Source: an uncultured Thermoleophilia bacterium
Lineage (GTDB): Bacteria > Actinomycetota > Thermoleophilia > Solirubrobacterales > 70-9
Direction of reading: 5' to 3'
Assembly (NCBI GenBank): GCA_963838095.1
Contig: CAWIPO010000010.1
Location: 25,423 to 89,422 of the forward strand
Length of the DNA: 64,000 nucleotides
A program made the translations under genes and the position numbers. Below, in pieces: positions 53,537 through 62,602 of the stretch. A model generated the notes under the pieces. It was not told the DNA's origin and ran no database searches. It saw only the letters and a list, made by a program, of their open reading frames with translations. Numbering within the stretch: the first letter of the stretch is position 1; every line of letters starts with the position of its first letter.

Positions 53537-55207
53537 ATGGAGGCCCACCGACCGGTTGACAGCGACGAAGCGAGGCTCGCCGAGCTCGGTTACGAGCAGG
53601 AGCTCGACCGCGGCTGGACGAGATTCACCAACTTCGCGATCTCGTTCTCGATCATCTCGGTCCTGGCCGGCTGCTTCACGGTCTTCTACGTGGGGTGGAA
53701 CAACGGCGGGCCGATCGTCATCTCGATCGGCTGGCCGGTGATCGCGCTGATCATCCTCACGGTGGCGGTCAGCATGTCCGAGCTCGCCTCGGCCTTCCCG
53801 ACCGCCGGCGGCCCGTACTGGTGGGCCCATCGGCTCGCCGGTGCTGGCTGGTCGTGGTTCACCGGGTGGTTCAACATGCTCGGGCTGATCGGGATCGTCG
53901 CCTCGGTCGACTACGTCCTCGCGGTCTTCGCGACAACGCTGCTCGGCCTCTGGGGCTGGGATCTGGGCTTCATCAACTTCGGCGACGACGCTCACATCAT
54001 CCAGGAGATCTTCTGGGTGTACGCGGTGATCCTCGCGCTTCACGCCCTGATCAACATCTACTCCCACCGATTGATTGCGGTGTTCACCAGCGTCTCGGTT
54101 TGGTGGCACGTGCTCGGGACGCTGATCATCCTCGGGATCCTCATCTTCGTTCCCGACAGCCATCAGAGCGCCGACTTCGTCTTCACCGAGAGGATCAACA
54201 ACTCCGGTTTCAACGAGGGCTTGACCACCGGAGGCTTGTACTGGTTCCTGGTCCTGCCGGTCGGCTTCCTGCTGACGATGTACACGATCACCGGCTACGA
54301 CGCCTCGGCGCATATGGCCGAGGAGACGGTGGGTGCCGAGCAGGCTGCGGCGAAGGGCATCTGGCAGTCGGTCGCGCTCTCAGCGATGATCGGGTGGTTC
54401 TTGCTGCTCGCGTTCCTCTTCGCCGCCACCCACCCAATGCCGTAACCAACGGCGCCGGCACCCCCTCACCGGCAGCTCGATCGCCGTGTTCACTCTCCGC
54501 CGACATGGATCAGAACTGGGCCGAGGCGATCATCTTGATTGCCTGCATCGGCCAGTTCTTCTGCGGCATGGCGTGCATGACGAGCTGCTCGCGCACGTTC
54601 TTCGCGTTCTCGCGTGACCGCGCCGTTCCGGGCCGCACGCTGTGGAGCCGGGTCAGCGGGACCAGGGTCCCGCGATGGCGGTGCTCGGCAGCGTCGCGCT
54701 CGCCTTCCTGATCGTGCTTCCGGCGTTTTCGCGCCCGACCCCACGACCGAGGGCGGATTCGTGCCGCCGGTCGCCTTCTTCGCCGTCACCGCAATCGGCA
54801 CAGTCGGGCTCTACATCGCCTACGTCGCGCCGGTCTTCCTGCGCTGGCGCGCGGGGGACTCGTTCGAGACCCGCTCCTGGACGCTGGGCCCCCGGTACAA
54901 GTGGATCAACACGATCGCGGTGGTGTTCGTGATCCTCATGGTCATCATCCTCTGCCTGCCCGCGTACAGCGCGGGTGTTCCGTGGGAGGACGACTTCGAC
55001 TGGAAGCTCTTCAACTACACGCCGCTTGTCGTCGGCATCGTCCTGCTCGGCACGGGCCTCGCCTGGGTGCTCGGCATGAACAAGCGCTACACGGGCCCGA
55101 TCCGCCAGATCGAGGTGGACGAGGGCATGGGCATCGTCGAGGAGAAGCCGGCCGCCGAGGGGCCATCGCCACCCGCGGCAGGCGGCCCGACGCCACCCGC
55201 CGAGTAG
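53537..55207 (+). pseudogene. APC superfamily amino acid/amine permease, at least 3 frameshifts within 54420-54740
   Basis: ORF 53537..54445 (FAISFSIISVLAGCF...MSELASAFPTAGGPYWW) continues as DQNWAEAIILIACIGQFFCGMACMTSCSRTFFAFSRDRAVPG (frame of ORF 53695), then AMAVLGSVALAFLIVLPAF (frame of ORF 54642), then FFAVTAIGTVGLYIAYVAPVFLRW... (ORF 54614..55207). Confidence 0.75.
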
Positions 55208-55216
55208 CTCGCCGGC

Positions 55217-56623
55217 GTGAGCGCGAACGCCAAGAACGGCGCCCCGCGTCCCGGAGGACCCGGCGGGGATCGCGGGATGCTGTCCGTCGACGACCTCCGC
55301 AAGGAGGCCGAGGAGGGGACGATCGACACGGTCGTCACCGCCTTCACCGACATGCAGGGGCGGCTGTTCGGCAAGCGGATCAACACCGAGTACTTCCTCG
55401 ACGAGGTGACCGAGCACGGCGTCGAGGGCTGCAACTACCTGCTCGCGCTTGACATGGAGATGGACCCGCTCCCGGGCTATGAGATGGCCAACTGGGAGAG
55501 CGGATACGGCGACTTCGGGATCGTGCCCGACATGGCGACGCTACGGAGGGTGCCGTGGCTCGACCGCACCGCGCTTGTCCTCTGCGACGTCGTCAACCAC
55601 GACGGCAGCCCCGTTGTCGCCTCTCCCCGCCAGGTCCTGATCGCGCAGTACGAGCGCGCGGCGGAGAAGGGCTATACCCCTTACTGCGCGTCCGAGCTCG
55701 AGTTCTACCTCTACAAGGAAAGCTACGCCGAGGCGTGGGAGAAGGGCTTCAACGACCTCACCCCGACGATCCCCTACATCCTCGACTACCACATCCTCGC
55801 GACCACGATGGACGAGCAGTACCTGGGCCCGATCCGCCGCGGGATGCACGAGGCCGGGATCCCGATCGAGTTCTCCAAGGGCGAGGCCTGGTACGGCCAG
55901 CACGAGGTCAACACGCGCTACGCCGACGCCGTCACCGCCGCCGACCGCCATACGATCTACAAGAACGGCGCCAAGGAGATCGCGTTCCTGAACGGGATCT
56001 CCGCGAGCTTCATGGCGAAGCCCTCCGAGAAGGACATCGGCAGCTCGTGCCACATCCACACCAGCCTCGTCGGCGAAGACGGCAAGAGCGTCTTCGTCGA
56101 CGGCGATGAAGAGACCGACGCGTTCCGCCACTACCTCGGCGGCTGTCGTGCCCACGTGAGGGAGGTGGCCCTGTTCCTCGCTCCGTCGATCAACTCCTAC
56201 AAGCGTTATGCGGCCGAGAGCTGGGCGCCGACCTCGGTCTCATGGGGCCGTGACAATCGCACCTGTGGCTTTCGCATCGTCGGCCACGGCGAGTCGCGCA
56301 GGGTCGAGTGCCGGATCCCGGGGGCCGACGCCAACCCCTACCTCACAATGGCGGCGTTGCTCGCCGCCGGCCTCGACGGGATCGAGAACGCAACCGATCC
56401 CGGCCCTGAGCTGAAGGGCAACGCCTACGAGGCGGGCGAGGCCGAGCCATTCCCGTCGAGCCTGCGCGAAGCGGTGGACCTGTGGGAGGGAAGCGAGTTC
56501 GCGAAGGCGGCTTTCGGCGAGGCGGTCCACAAGCACTACCTCAACTACGGCCGGCTCGAGCAGAAGCTCTTCGACCAGGTCGTCACCGACTACGAGCGCC
56601 GGCGCATGTTCGAACGCGGCTGA
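55217..56623 (+). CDS. glutamine synthetase family enzyme (gamma-glutamyl-amine synthetase type, GlnA2/3/4 or PuuA-like)
   Basis: ORF 55217..56623, an intact 468-aa frame: CASELEFYLY...SSCHIHTSL...NRTCGFRIV...ECRIPGADANPY. Confidence 0.85.
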   Translation: MSANAKNGAPRPGGPGGDRGMLSVDDLRKEAEEGTIDTVVTAFTDMQGRLFGKRINTEYFLDEVTEHGVEGCNYLLALDMEMDPLPGYEMANWESGYGDFGIVPDMATLRRVPWLDRTALVLCDVVNHDGSPVVASPRQVLIAQYERAAEKGYTPYCASELEFYLYKESYAEAWEKGFNDLTPTIPYILDYHILATTMDEQYLGPIRRGMHEAGIPIEFSKGEAWYGQHEVNTRYADAVTAADRHTIYKNGAKEIAFLNGISASFMAKPSEKDIGSSCHIHTSLVGEDGKSVFVDGDEETDAFRHYLGGCRAHVREVALFLAPSINSYKRYAAESWAPTSVSWGRDNRTCGFRIVGHGESRRVECRIPGADANPYLTMAALLAAGLDGIENATDPGPELKGNAYEAGEAEPFPSSLREAVDLWEGSEFAKAAFGEAVHKHYLNYGRLEQKLFDQVVTDYERRRMFERG

Positions 56624-56655
56624 GCCGCCACCGGCGGTGGCGTCATGATGAAGTC

Positions 56656-57381
56656 GTGAGTCGGCCGACGATCGGGATCACCGCCGCGACGGACCGCGCG
56701 CGGTGGGCGGTGTGGGATGTCGATGCGAACGTCTCCCAGCGCTCGTATTCGCGGGCGGTCGTCGATGCCGGCGGACTGCCGGTCATCCTGCCTTCCCACG
56801 ACGCGCTCGCTGACAGCCCTGACGAAGTCCTCGACCTGCTCTCAGGGCTCGTGCTCGCCGGTGGGGCAGACCTCGATCCCGCCGCGTACGGCGCTCAGCC
56901 CGACCCGCGCACCGGTCCGACGTTTCCGGAGCGTGATGCGTTCGAGCTCGCGCTGGCGCGCCGTGCGCTCGAGCGGACCCTGCCCGTGCTCGGCATCTGC
57001 CGCGGGATGCAGATGCTGAACGTGGCCTGCGGAGGGACGATTGACCAGCATCTGCCCACCGCCGAGCTGCACCTTCAGACCCCCGGCACCTTCTCCGAGC
57101 ACGAGGTCGCGCTCGAGCCCAACTCGCTGGCGGCGCGGGCGGTCGGCGGCGAGCGACTCTCGGTCCGCTCCCACCACCACCAGGGAATAGACGCGCTCGG
57201 CGACGGGCTTATGGCGAGCGGCCACTCGCTGCCCGACGGGATCATCGAGGCGATCGAGGTGGCCGATCCGCGCTTTGCGCTCGGGCTGATGTGGCACGCC
57301 GAGGAAGAGGAGGTGGAGCGGCATCGGGGGCACGCGTTCGCGTCGCTGCTCGAGGCCGCGCGCCAGGCGGTGCGGGCGTGA
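56656..57381 (+). CDS. gamma-glutamyl-gamma-aminobutyrate hydrolase family (peptidase C26, PuuD-like)
   Basis: Within ORF 56482..57381, starting at GTG 56656, with GICRGMQMLNV and SHHHQG. Confidence 0.85.
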   Translation: MSRPTIGITAATDRARWAVWDVDANVSQRSYSRAVVDAGGLPVILPSHDALADSPDEVLDLLSGLVLAGGADLDPAAYGAQPDPRTGPTFPERDAFELALARRALERTLPVLGICRGMQMLNVACGGTIDQHLPTAELHLQTPGTFSEHEVALEPNSLAARAVGGERLSVRSHHHQGIDALGDGLMASGHSLPDGIIEAIEVADPRFALGLMWHAEEEEVERHRGHAFASLLEAARQAVRA

Positions 57382-58739
57382 TCGAGGTCGTCGAGCCGGC
57401 AACCGAGCAGGTGATGGCCGAGGTGCCGCGGGCGACTGCCGAGGACGTCGACGCGGCGGTCGAGCGTGCGAAGCGAGCCTTTCCCGCCTGGCGGGCGCTG
57501 GCGCCGGCCGATCGTGCGCGGGCGCTCCACTCGCTCACCGACGCGCTCGCGGAGAGCATGGAGGAGCTGGCGGTGCTGGAAGCGCGAAACGCCGGCAAGC
57601 CGATCTCCGATGCGCGCGGGGAGATCGGGATGGTCGTCGACACCTTCCGCTACTACGCCGGAGCGCCGGAACGGCTGCTCGGCGACACGATTCCGGTCGC
57701 CGGCGGGGTCGACATGACGTTCCGCGAGCCGCTCGGCGTCGTCGGGCTGATCACGCCGTGGAACTTCCCGCTCACGATCGCATCCTGGAAGCTCGCGCCC
57801 GCGCTCGCGGCCGGGAACTGCGTCGTGCTGAAGCCGGCCGAGCTGACACCGCTCACGGCCCTGGAGTTCGAGCGCATCGCGCTCGCGGCCGGGATCCCAG
57901 AGGGCGTCGTCAACGTCGTCGCGGGGCCGGGCTCCGTCTGCGGGCAGCGGCTGGTCGAGCACCCGGATGTCGCAAAGGTCGCCTTCACGGGCTCGACCGA
58001 GGTCGGGCGCGGAATCGCCGCCGCCGCGGCGCAGTCGATCAAACGGGTGACGCTGGAGCTGGGAGGCAAGTCGGCGAACGTGGTCTTCGCCGACGCCGAC
58101 CTCGATCGCGCGGCCACGGCCGCTCCGATGGCGGTTTTCGGAAACGCTGGCCAGGACTGCTGCGCGCGCTCGCGGATCCTCGTCGAGCGATCGGCGATGG
58201 ACCGGTTCATGGATGCGCTGGAGGGCGCCGTCGAGGCGCTGCGGGTGGGGGACCCGCTCTCCGAGGAGACGCAGATGGGGCCGCTGATCTCGGCCGGGCA
58301 GCGCGAGACGGTCGGCTCATACGTCCCCGACGACGCGCCGATCGCGATCCGGGGGTCGGCCCCCGACGGCCCGGGCTTCTGGTTTGCGCCCACTGTGCTG
58401 GCGCCGGTCTCGAACGCCGACCGCGCCGCCCGCGAGGAGATCTTCGGCCCCGTCGCCTGCGTGATCCCGTTCGCGGACGAGCGCGAGGCGATCGAGATCG
58501 CCAACGACAGCGTCTACGGCCTCTCGGGGTCGGTGTGGACGCGCGACGGCGCGAAGGCGCTGCGCGTGGCGCGGGCGCTCGAGACCGGCGTGATCTCGAT
58601 CAACTCGAACAACTCGGTCCGCGTGGCGACGCCGTTCGGCGGCTTCAAGCAGTCGGGAGTGGGGAGGGAGCTGGGCCCGCACGCGCTCGAGGCCTACAGC
58701 GAGCTGAAGAACGTGTACTACGCGACGGAGGAGGGGTGA
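57378..58739 (+). CDS. NAD-dependent aldehyde dehydrogenase
   Basis: Within ORF 57291..58739. GTG 57378 overlaps the upstream stop (GTGA). It has ITPWNFP, ELGGKS and GQDCCARSR. Confidence 0.9.
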   Translation: MIEVVEPATEQVMAEVPRATAEDVDAAVERAKRAFPAWRALAPADRARALHSLTDALAESMEELAVLEARNAGKPISDARGEIGMVVDTFRYYAGAPERLLGDTIPVAGGVDMTFREPLGVVGLITPWNFPLTIASWKLAPALAAGNCVVLKPAELTPLTALEFERIALAAGIPEGVVNVVAGPGSVCGQRLVEHPDVAKVAFTGSTEVGRGIAAAAAQSIKRVTLELGGKSANVVFADADLDRAATAAPMAVFGNAGQDCCARSRILVERSAMDRFMDALEGAVEALRVGDPLSEETQMGPLISAGQRETVGSYVPDDAPIAIRGSAPDGPGFWFAPTVLAPVSNADRAAREEIFGPVACVIPFADEREAIEIANDSVYGLSGSVWTRDGAKALRVARALETGVISINSNNSVRVATPFGGFKQSGVGRELGPHALEAYSELKNVYYATEEG

Positions 58740-59485
58740 TGGCCGGACGGCTGGACGGCAAGGTGTGCGTGATCACGGGGGCGGCGAGCGGGATCGGCGC
58801 CGAAACCGCTCGCTTGTTCAGCACCGAGGGCGCGAGGGTCGTGGGCGTCGACTTGGCCGCTGGGGCGGCGGGGGAGCTGGCGCTGCAGGCCGACGTCAGC
58901 GACGAGGGGCAGGTAAGGGGGGTTTACGACAGGGTTGCCGAGGAGCTTGGGCGCGTCGACGTGCTGTTCAACAACGCCGGGATCTCGCCCGACGACGACG
59001 TCTCGGTGCTCGACACATCGCTCGAGGCCTGGCAGGGGGTCCAGGATGTGAACCTGAAGTCGGTCTTCCTCTGCTGCAAGTACGGGATCCCGCACCTGCT
59101 GGAGGCCGGCGGCGGCTCGGTGATCAACACCGCCTCCTTCGTTGCCGTAATGGGTGCCGCCACCTCGCAGATCTCCTACACGGCATCGAAGGGGGGAGTG
59201 CTGGCGCTGTCGCGAGAGCTGGGGGTGGAGTTCGCGCGACAGGGTGTGCGCGTGAACGCCCTCTGCCCCGGCCCGGTGGACACACCGCTGCTGCAGGAGC
59301 TGTTCGCCAAGGACCCGGAGAAGGCCCAGCGCCGCCTGATTCACCTGCCGATGGGACGGTTCGCGAAGGTCGGGGAGATCGCAAACGCGGCGCTGTTTTT
59401 GGCGAGTGACGAGTCGAGCTACGTCAATGCCTCGACGTTCCTGGTCGACGGCGGGCTCTCGGCTGCGTACGTCACTCCCGAATAG
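58739..59485 (+). CDS. short-chain dehydrogenase/reductase
   Basis: C-terminal 248 aa of ORF 57758..59485. ATG 58739 overlaps the ALDH stop (TGATG). It has VITGAASGIGAE, NNAG and YTASKGGV. Confidence 0.9.
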   Translation: MAGRLDGKVCVITGAASGIGAETARLFSTEGARVVGVDLAAGAAGELALQADVSDEGQVRGVYDRVAEELGRVDVLFNNAGISPDDDVSVLDTSLEAWQGVQDVNLKSVFLCCKYGIPHLLEAGGGSVINTASFVAVMGAATSQISYTASKGGVLALSRELGVEFARQGVRVNALCPGPVDTPLLQELFAKDPEKAQRRLIHLPMGRFAKVGEIANAALFLASDESSYVNASTFLVDGGLSAAYVTPE

Positions 59486-59512
59486 CACCGAGAGAGGGCG
59501 CTCGGCCGCGTA

Positions 59513-59551
59513 TTTGCGACTTGTTGCCGCTATGCGGCAATAACTCGCAAG
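59513..59551 (+). terminator. long hairpin TTTGCGACTTGTTGCCGC-TAT-GCGGCAATAACTCGCAAG between convergent genes
   Basis: The 18-bp stem has one C-C mismatch and G-U pairs on the plus strand. It is unusually AT-rich for this window and has no U-tract. It lies 27 nt after the SDR stop and 10 nt before the GATase stop. Confidence 0.5.
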
Positions 59552-59561
59552 TCACGGCCGA

Positions 59562-60266
59562 TTAGCTGGAAATCGCGTCGAAGAAGCGACTGCACACACC
59601 CCTACCCAGCTCGTTCCAGCCCGCCATCCGCTCCCGAGTCTCGTCCCTCAGAGCCTCGGCATCAACCCCGACCTTCACCGCGTCCTCATCCTCCCGCGTC
59701 TCGCTGATCCACTTCTCGGCGTCGGCAAGCGTCACCTCGGCGTGGAACTGGATTCCCCAGGCGGCATCGCCGACGCGATAGGCCTGCACGCACACGGGAG
59801 ATTGCGCCAGGACCGTGGCGCCCGCGGGCGGCACCCCCTCGTAGCTGTGCCACTGGAACGCCTCGAAGCTCGGCGCCAGCGCCCCGATCACCGGGTCATC
59901 GGTGCCGTCGTTCGTCACATCCACACGATGCCACCCGATCTCCGGCTGCGCCGCCCGCTGCGCCGTTCCGCCCGCCGCCACCGCCAGCAGCTGGCTGCCG
60001 AGGCAGACCGCCAGCAGCGGCACCCCGCGCTCCAGCAACTCCGCGAGCAGCAGCTTCTCCTTGCGCAGCCAAGGGTGGCGATCCTCGTGATCGGCGTGCA
60101 TCGCGCCGCCGAAAGTGAGGACGGCGTCGTACTCCGCCGGACGCCCCGGCGGCGAGTCGGTCTCGGCCCGCAGCCAGGTGTCGAGCTCGACCTGCCGCGA
60201 GCGCGCCGCGTCGGCGAACACCCCCGCGCCCGCGTCGCGCTGGTGGACGATCGCGAGCGCGCGCAC
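59562..60266 (-). CDS. class I glutamine amidotransferase-like protein
   Basis: ORF 59562..60266: LLAVCLGSQLL...GIQFHAE. Confidence 0.85.
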   Translation of the reverse strand: MRALAIVHQRDAGAGVFADAARSRQVELDTWLRAETDSPPGRPAEYDAVLTFGGAMHADHEDRHPWLRKEKLLLAELLERGVPLLAVCLGSQLLAVAAGGTAQRAAQPEIGWHRVDVTNDGTDDPVIGALAPSFEAFQWHSYEGVPPAGATVLAQSPVCVQAYRVGDAAWGIQFHAEVTLADAEKWISETREDEDAVKVGVDAEALRDETRERMAGWNELGRGVCSRFFDAISS

Positions 60267-60275
60267 CCTTACGTC

Positions 60276-61094
60276 TCAGGCGGTGCCGGTGAACTGCTCG
60301 AGCTGCACGTGGTCGTGCGAGCAGACGATGGTGACCTCGTCGCCGTGATCGCGCTTCAGCTCCTGCAGCCGCTGCTGATTTCGCTTCCGGGTCCCGTTGT
60401 CCATCGACATGATGGTCTGGAAGGCGCGCAGGCCGGGCGGGCAGCTGGGCGGCGTCTCCACCTCGCCGCGGTTAAAGAAGGCGTCTCCGCAGTGAAGCAG
60501 CCAGCCCGCGTCGGTCTGTATGGCGACGGCCGTGTGGCCGCGGGTGTGGCCGGGGAGGGGGACCAGCGCGATGTCGGCGCCGGCGCCCGGAAGCACGCGC
60601 ACGCTCTCGAACCCGAACCAGTCATCGCCGGAGACCTCGTGCTCGACGAATCGCGCGCCGTGGGTGAAGTGGGCCTTGCGGTAGCGCTCCCTGTGCCGAA
60701 ACCCCGGGTTCTCCATCGACGCGCGCTCCGCGGCGAACAGGTGAACCTCGGCATCCGGGAAGTCGGGCAGCCCGCCGGCGTGATCGAGGTCCAGGTGGGT
60801 GACGACCACGTTGCGGACATCGCTTGGATCCAGGCCGAGGCTGCGGATCTGCTCGATCGCCGGCTCAGCCGGATCGGGCTTCGGCAGCAGCAGGAAGCGC
60901 GCCGCCCCGAGCCGTCGCTGGTCGGCGACGTCCTCGGTTCCATAACCGGTGTCGACGAGCACGAGCTGGTCGCCGGCTTCGATCAGCAGGCAGTGGCAGA
61001 CGATCTTGTACGTCGTCAGCAGCCTGCCCTCGCCGGTGAAGAGCGAGCCCCCGAACGGGCACATCGTGCCGCAGTTGAGATGGTGGACCTTCAA
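60276..61094 (-). CDS. MBL-fold metallo-hydrolase
   Basis: ORF 60276..61094 (TTG start): VVTHLDLDHAGGL...LPGHTRGH. Confidence 0.85.
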   Translation of the reverse strand: MKVHHLNCGTMCPFGGSLFTGEGRLLTTYKIVCHCLLIEAGDQLVLVDTGYGTEDVADQRRLGAARFLLLPKPDPAEPAIEQIRSLGLDPSDVRNVVVTHLDLDHAGGLPDFPDAEVHLFAAERASMENPGFRHRERYRKAHFTHGARFVEHEVSGDDWFGFESVRVLPGAGADIALVPLPGHTRGHTAVAIQTDAGWLLHCGDAFFNRGEVETPPSCPPGLRAFQTIMSMDNGTRKRNQQRLQELKRDHGDEVTIVCSHDHVQLEQFTGTA

Positions 61095-61887
61095 GTCGAG
61101 CGCGAAACCTAGGAGCGCTTATCGCCGCTTGCTGCGGCGACGACTTGCCGCGCCCGCCCGAGCGGCGCCGCCGGTAGGCGACAGTGCTCCCGAAGCCGAG
61201 CGTCGCGAGCGCCGCCGCGATCACGCCGGGATGGGTGAGCAGCCGGCCGTGCTCGGCCTCCACCTGCGGCCACAGGCGCCCGCTGACCAGCTCGCCGGCG
61301 CTCTCCGGCGTCGGCGGCAGGTCGTCCACGGCGATCGGCTCGGAGAAGGCGAGGCGGACGCGGCGGGGGATCGGGAACGGGCCGAGGAACAGGCGCTCGG
61401 TGTTGACGATCGCCGCCGGCACGATCACGGCGCCGGTGTCCAAAGCGAGGCGCCCGACGCCGCGCCGGGGATCGCCGAGCTGCTCGGGGTCGCGGACGCG
61501 GGTGCCCTCGGGGAACATCGCCAGCAGTCCGCCCTGGCGCAGGATCGTGAGCGCGGTCTCGATCGCTTCGGTGTCCGATTCGCCGCGGCGGACCGGAAAC
61601 GCTCCCAGCCTCAGCAGCAGCCCTGCCGCCGGACCCTTGAACAGCTCGCTCTTGCCGATGAAGCGGACGTGGCGGCGTGTGGCCGCGGCGACGAAGAACG
61701 CGTCCCAGAAGCTCTTGTGGTTCGGCGCCACGATCGCCGGCCCGTCCGGGGGGATGTGCTCGGCGCCGGATATCCGCAGCCCCCACCAGACGCGCATGAA
61801 CGGAACGATCAGCGCCCGCACCAGCCAGTAGACGAAGCGCGAGGGCCCGCGCTCGCGGGCGATCCGATGTGCCTCCTCGACGGTCAT
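60865..61887 (-). CDS. 1-acyl-sn-glycerol-3-phosphate acyltransferase family (PlsC-like); 3' end doubtful
   Basis: Within ORF 60865..61929, starting at ATG 61887, with NHKSFWD (HX4D) and FPEGTR. The last ~230 nt overlap the MBL gene out of frame and are Arg/Pro-rich, so the true stop is probably near 61125 (TAA in an adjacent frame). Confidence 0.75.
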   Translation of the reverse strand: MTVEEAHRIARERGPSRFVYWLVRALIVPFMRVWWGLRISGAEHIPPDGPAIVAPNHKSFWDAFFVAAATRRHVRFIGKSELFKGPAAGLLLRLGAFPVRRGESDTEAIETALTILRQGGLLAMFPEGTRVRDPEQLGDPRRGVGRLALDTGAVIVPAAIVNTERLFLGPFPIPRRVRLAFSEPIAVDDLPPTPESAGELVSGRLWPQVEAEHGRLLTHPGVIAAALATLGFGSTVAYRRRRSGGRGKSSPQQAAISAPRFRARLEGPPSQLRHDVPVRGLALHRRGQAADDVQDRLPLPADRSRRPARARRHRLWNRGRRRPATARGGALPAAAEARSG

Positions 61888-61981
61888 TGGCCCCGACGCG
61901 AGCTTAGACGCGCGCCCGGCCTGGTCCAAAACTCCCCGGGCCGGCCTCGCGCATCGCTATCGTGCAGGCTGGACTGTTTGT

Positions 61982-62602
61982 ATGGAGGCAGCGAGCAAGA
62001 CAAAGAAGAACGGGAATCGCCGCACCCAGGCCGAGCGCCGGGCGACGACCCGCGCCGCGCTGCTGGACGCGACCATCGACTGCCTGGTCGAGTACGGGTA
62101 CGCGGGGACGACGACGATGAGGATCGTCGAGCGCGCGGGCGTTTCCCGCGGCGCCCAGGTGCACCACTACCCGACGAAGGCGGAGCTTGTGGCCGAGGCG
62201 GTTCGCCACCTCGCCGTCAAGCGCTCGAGCGAGTTCCTGGAGGAATTCAACTCGCTCCCCGAAGGCAGGAAGCGCTTCGAGGTCCTGCTCGACACCCTGT
62301 GGACGCTCCACACCAGCCCCCTGTTTGCGGCCTCGATGGAGCTGATCATCGCCTCGCGAACCGATCCGGAGCTGCGGAAGCGGATGATCGAGGTCGAACG
62401 AGAGATCGGGGAGCAGATCGACTCGAACATGCGCGACCTGTTCCCAGGAGAAGCTCGCAGTCAGGAATTCCGCGCCGGCGTGGACACCGTCCTCTCGGCG
62501 ATGCGCGGCCTCGCGATGCTCAGCTTCGCCGACTCGAAGGCGGAGGTCGAGCGCCGCTGGCAGGCGATGCGCGAGCGCCTGCTCGCGACAATGGCCCCGT
62601 GA
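61982..62602 (+). CDS. TetR family transcriptional regulator
   Basis: ORF 61982..62602: TMRIVERAGVSRGAQVHHYPTKAELV. Confidence 0.9.
   Translation: MEAASKTKKNGNRRTQAERRATTRAALLDATIDCLVEYGYAGTTTMRIVERAGVSRGAQVHHYPTKAELVAEAVRHLAVKRSSEFLEEFNSLPEGRKRFEVLLDTLWTLHTSPLFAASMELIIASRTDPELRKRMIEVEREIGEQIDSNMRDLFPGEARSQEFRAGVDTVLSAMRGLAMLSFADSKAEVERRWQAMRERLLATMAP

Noticed and set aside
60949-62598. N-terminal 550 aa of the 967-aa plus-strand ORF 60949..63852
   Set aside because: Only the last 417 aa (from GTG 62599) look like protein. The upstream part is antisense to the MBL and PlsC genes, overlaps the TetR gene out of frame, and is Arg/Pro-rich.
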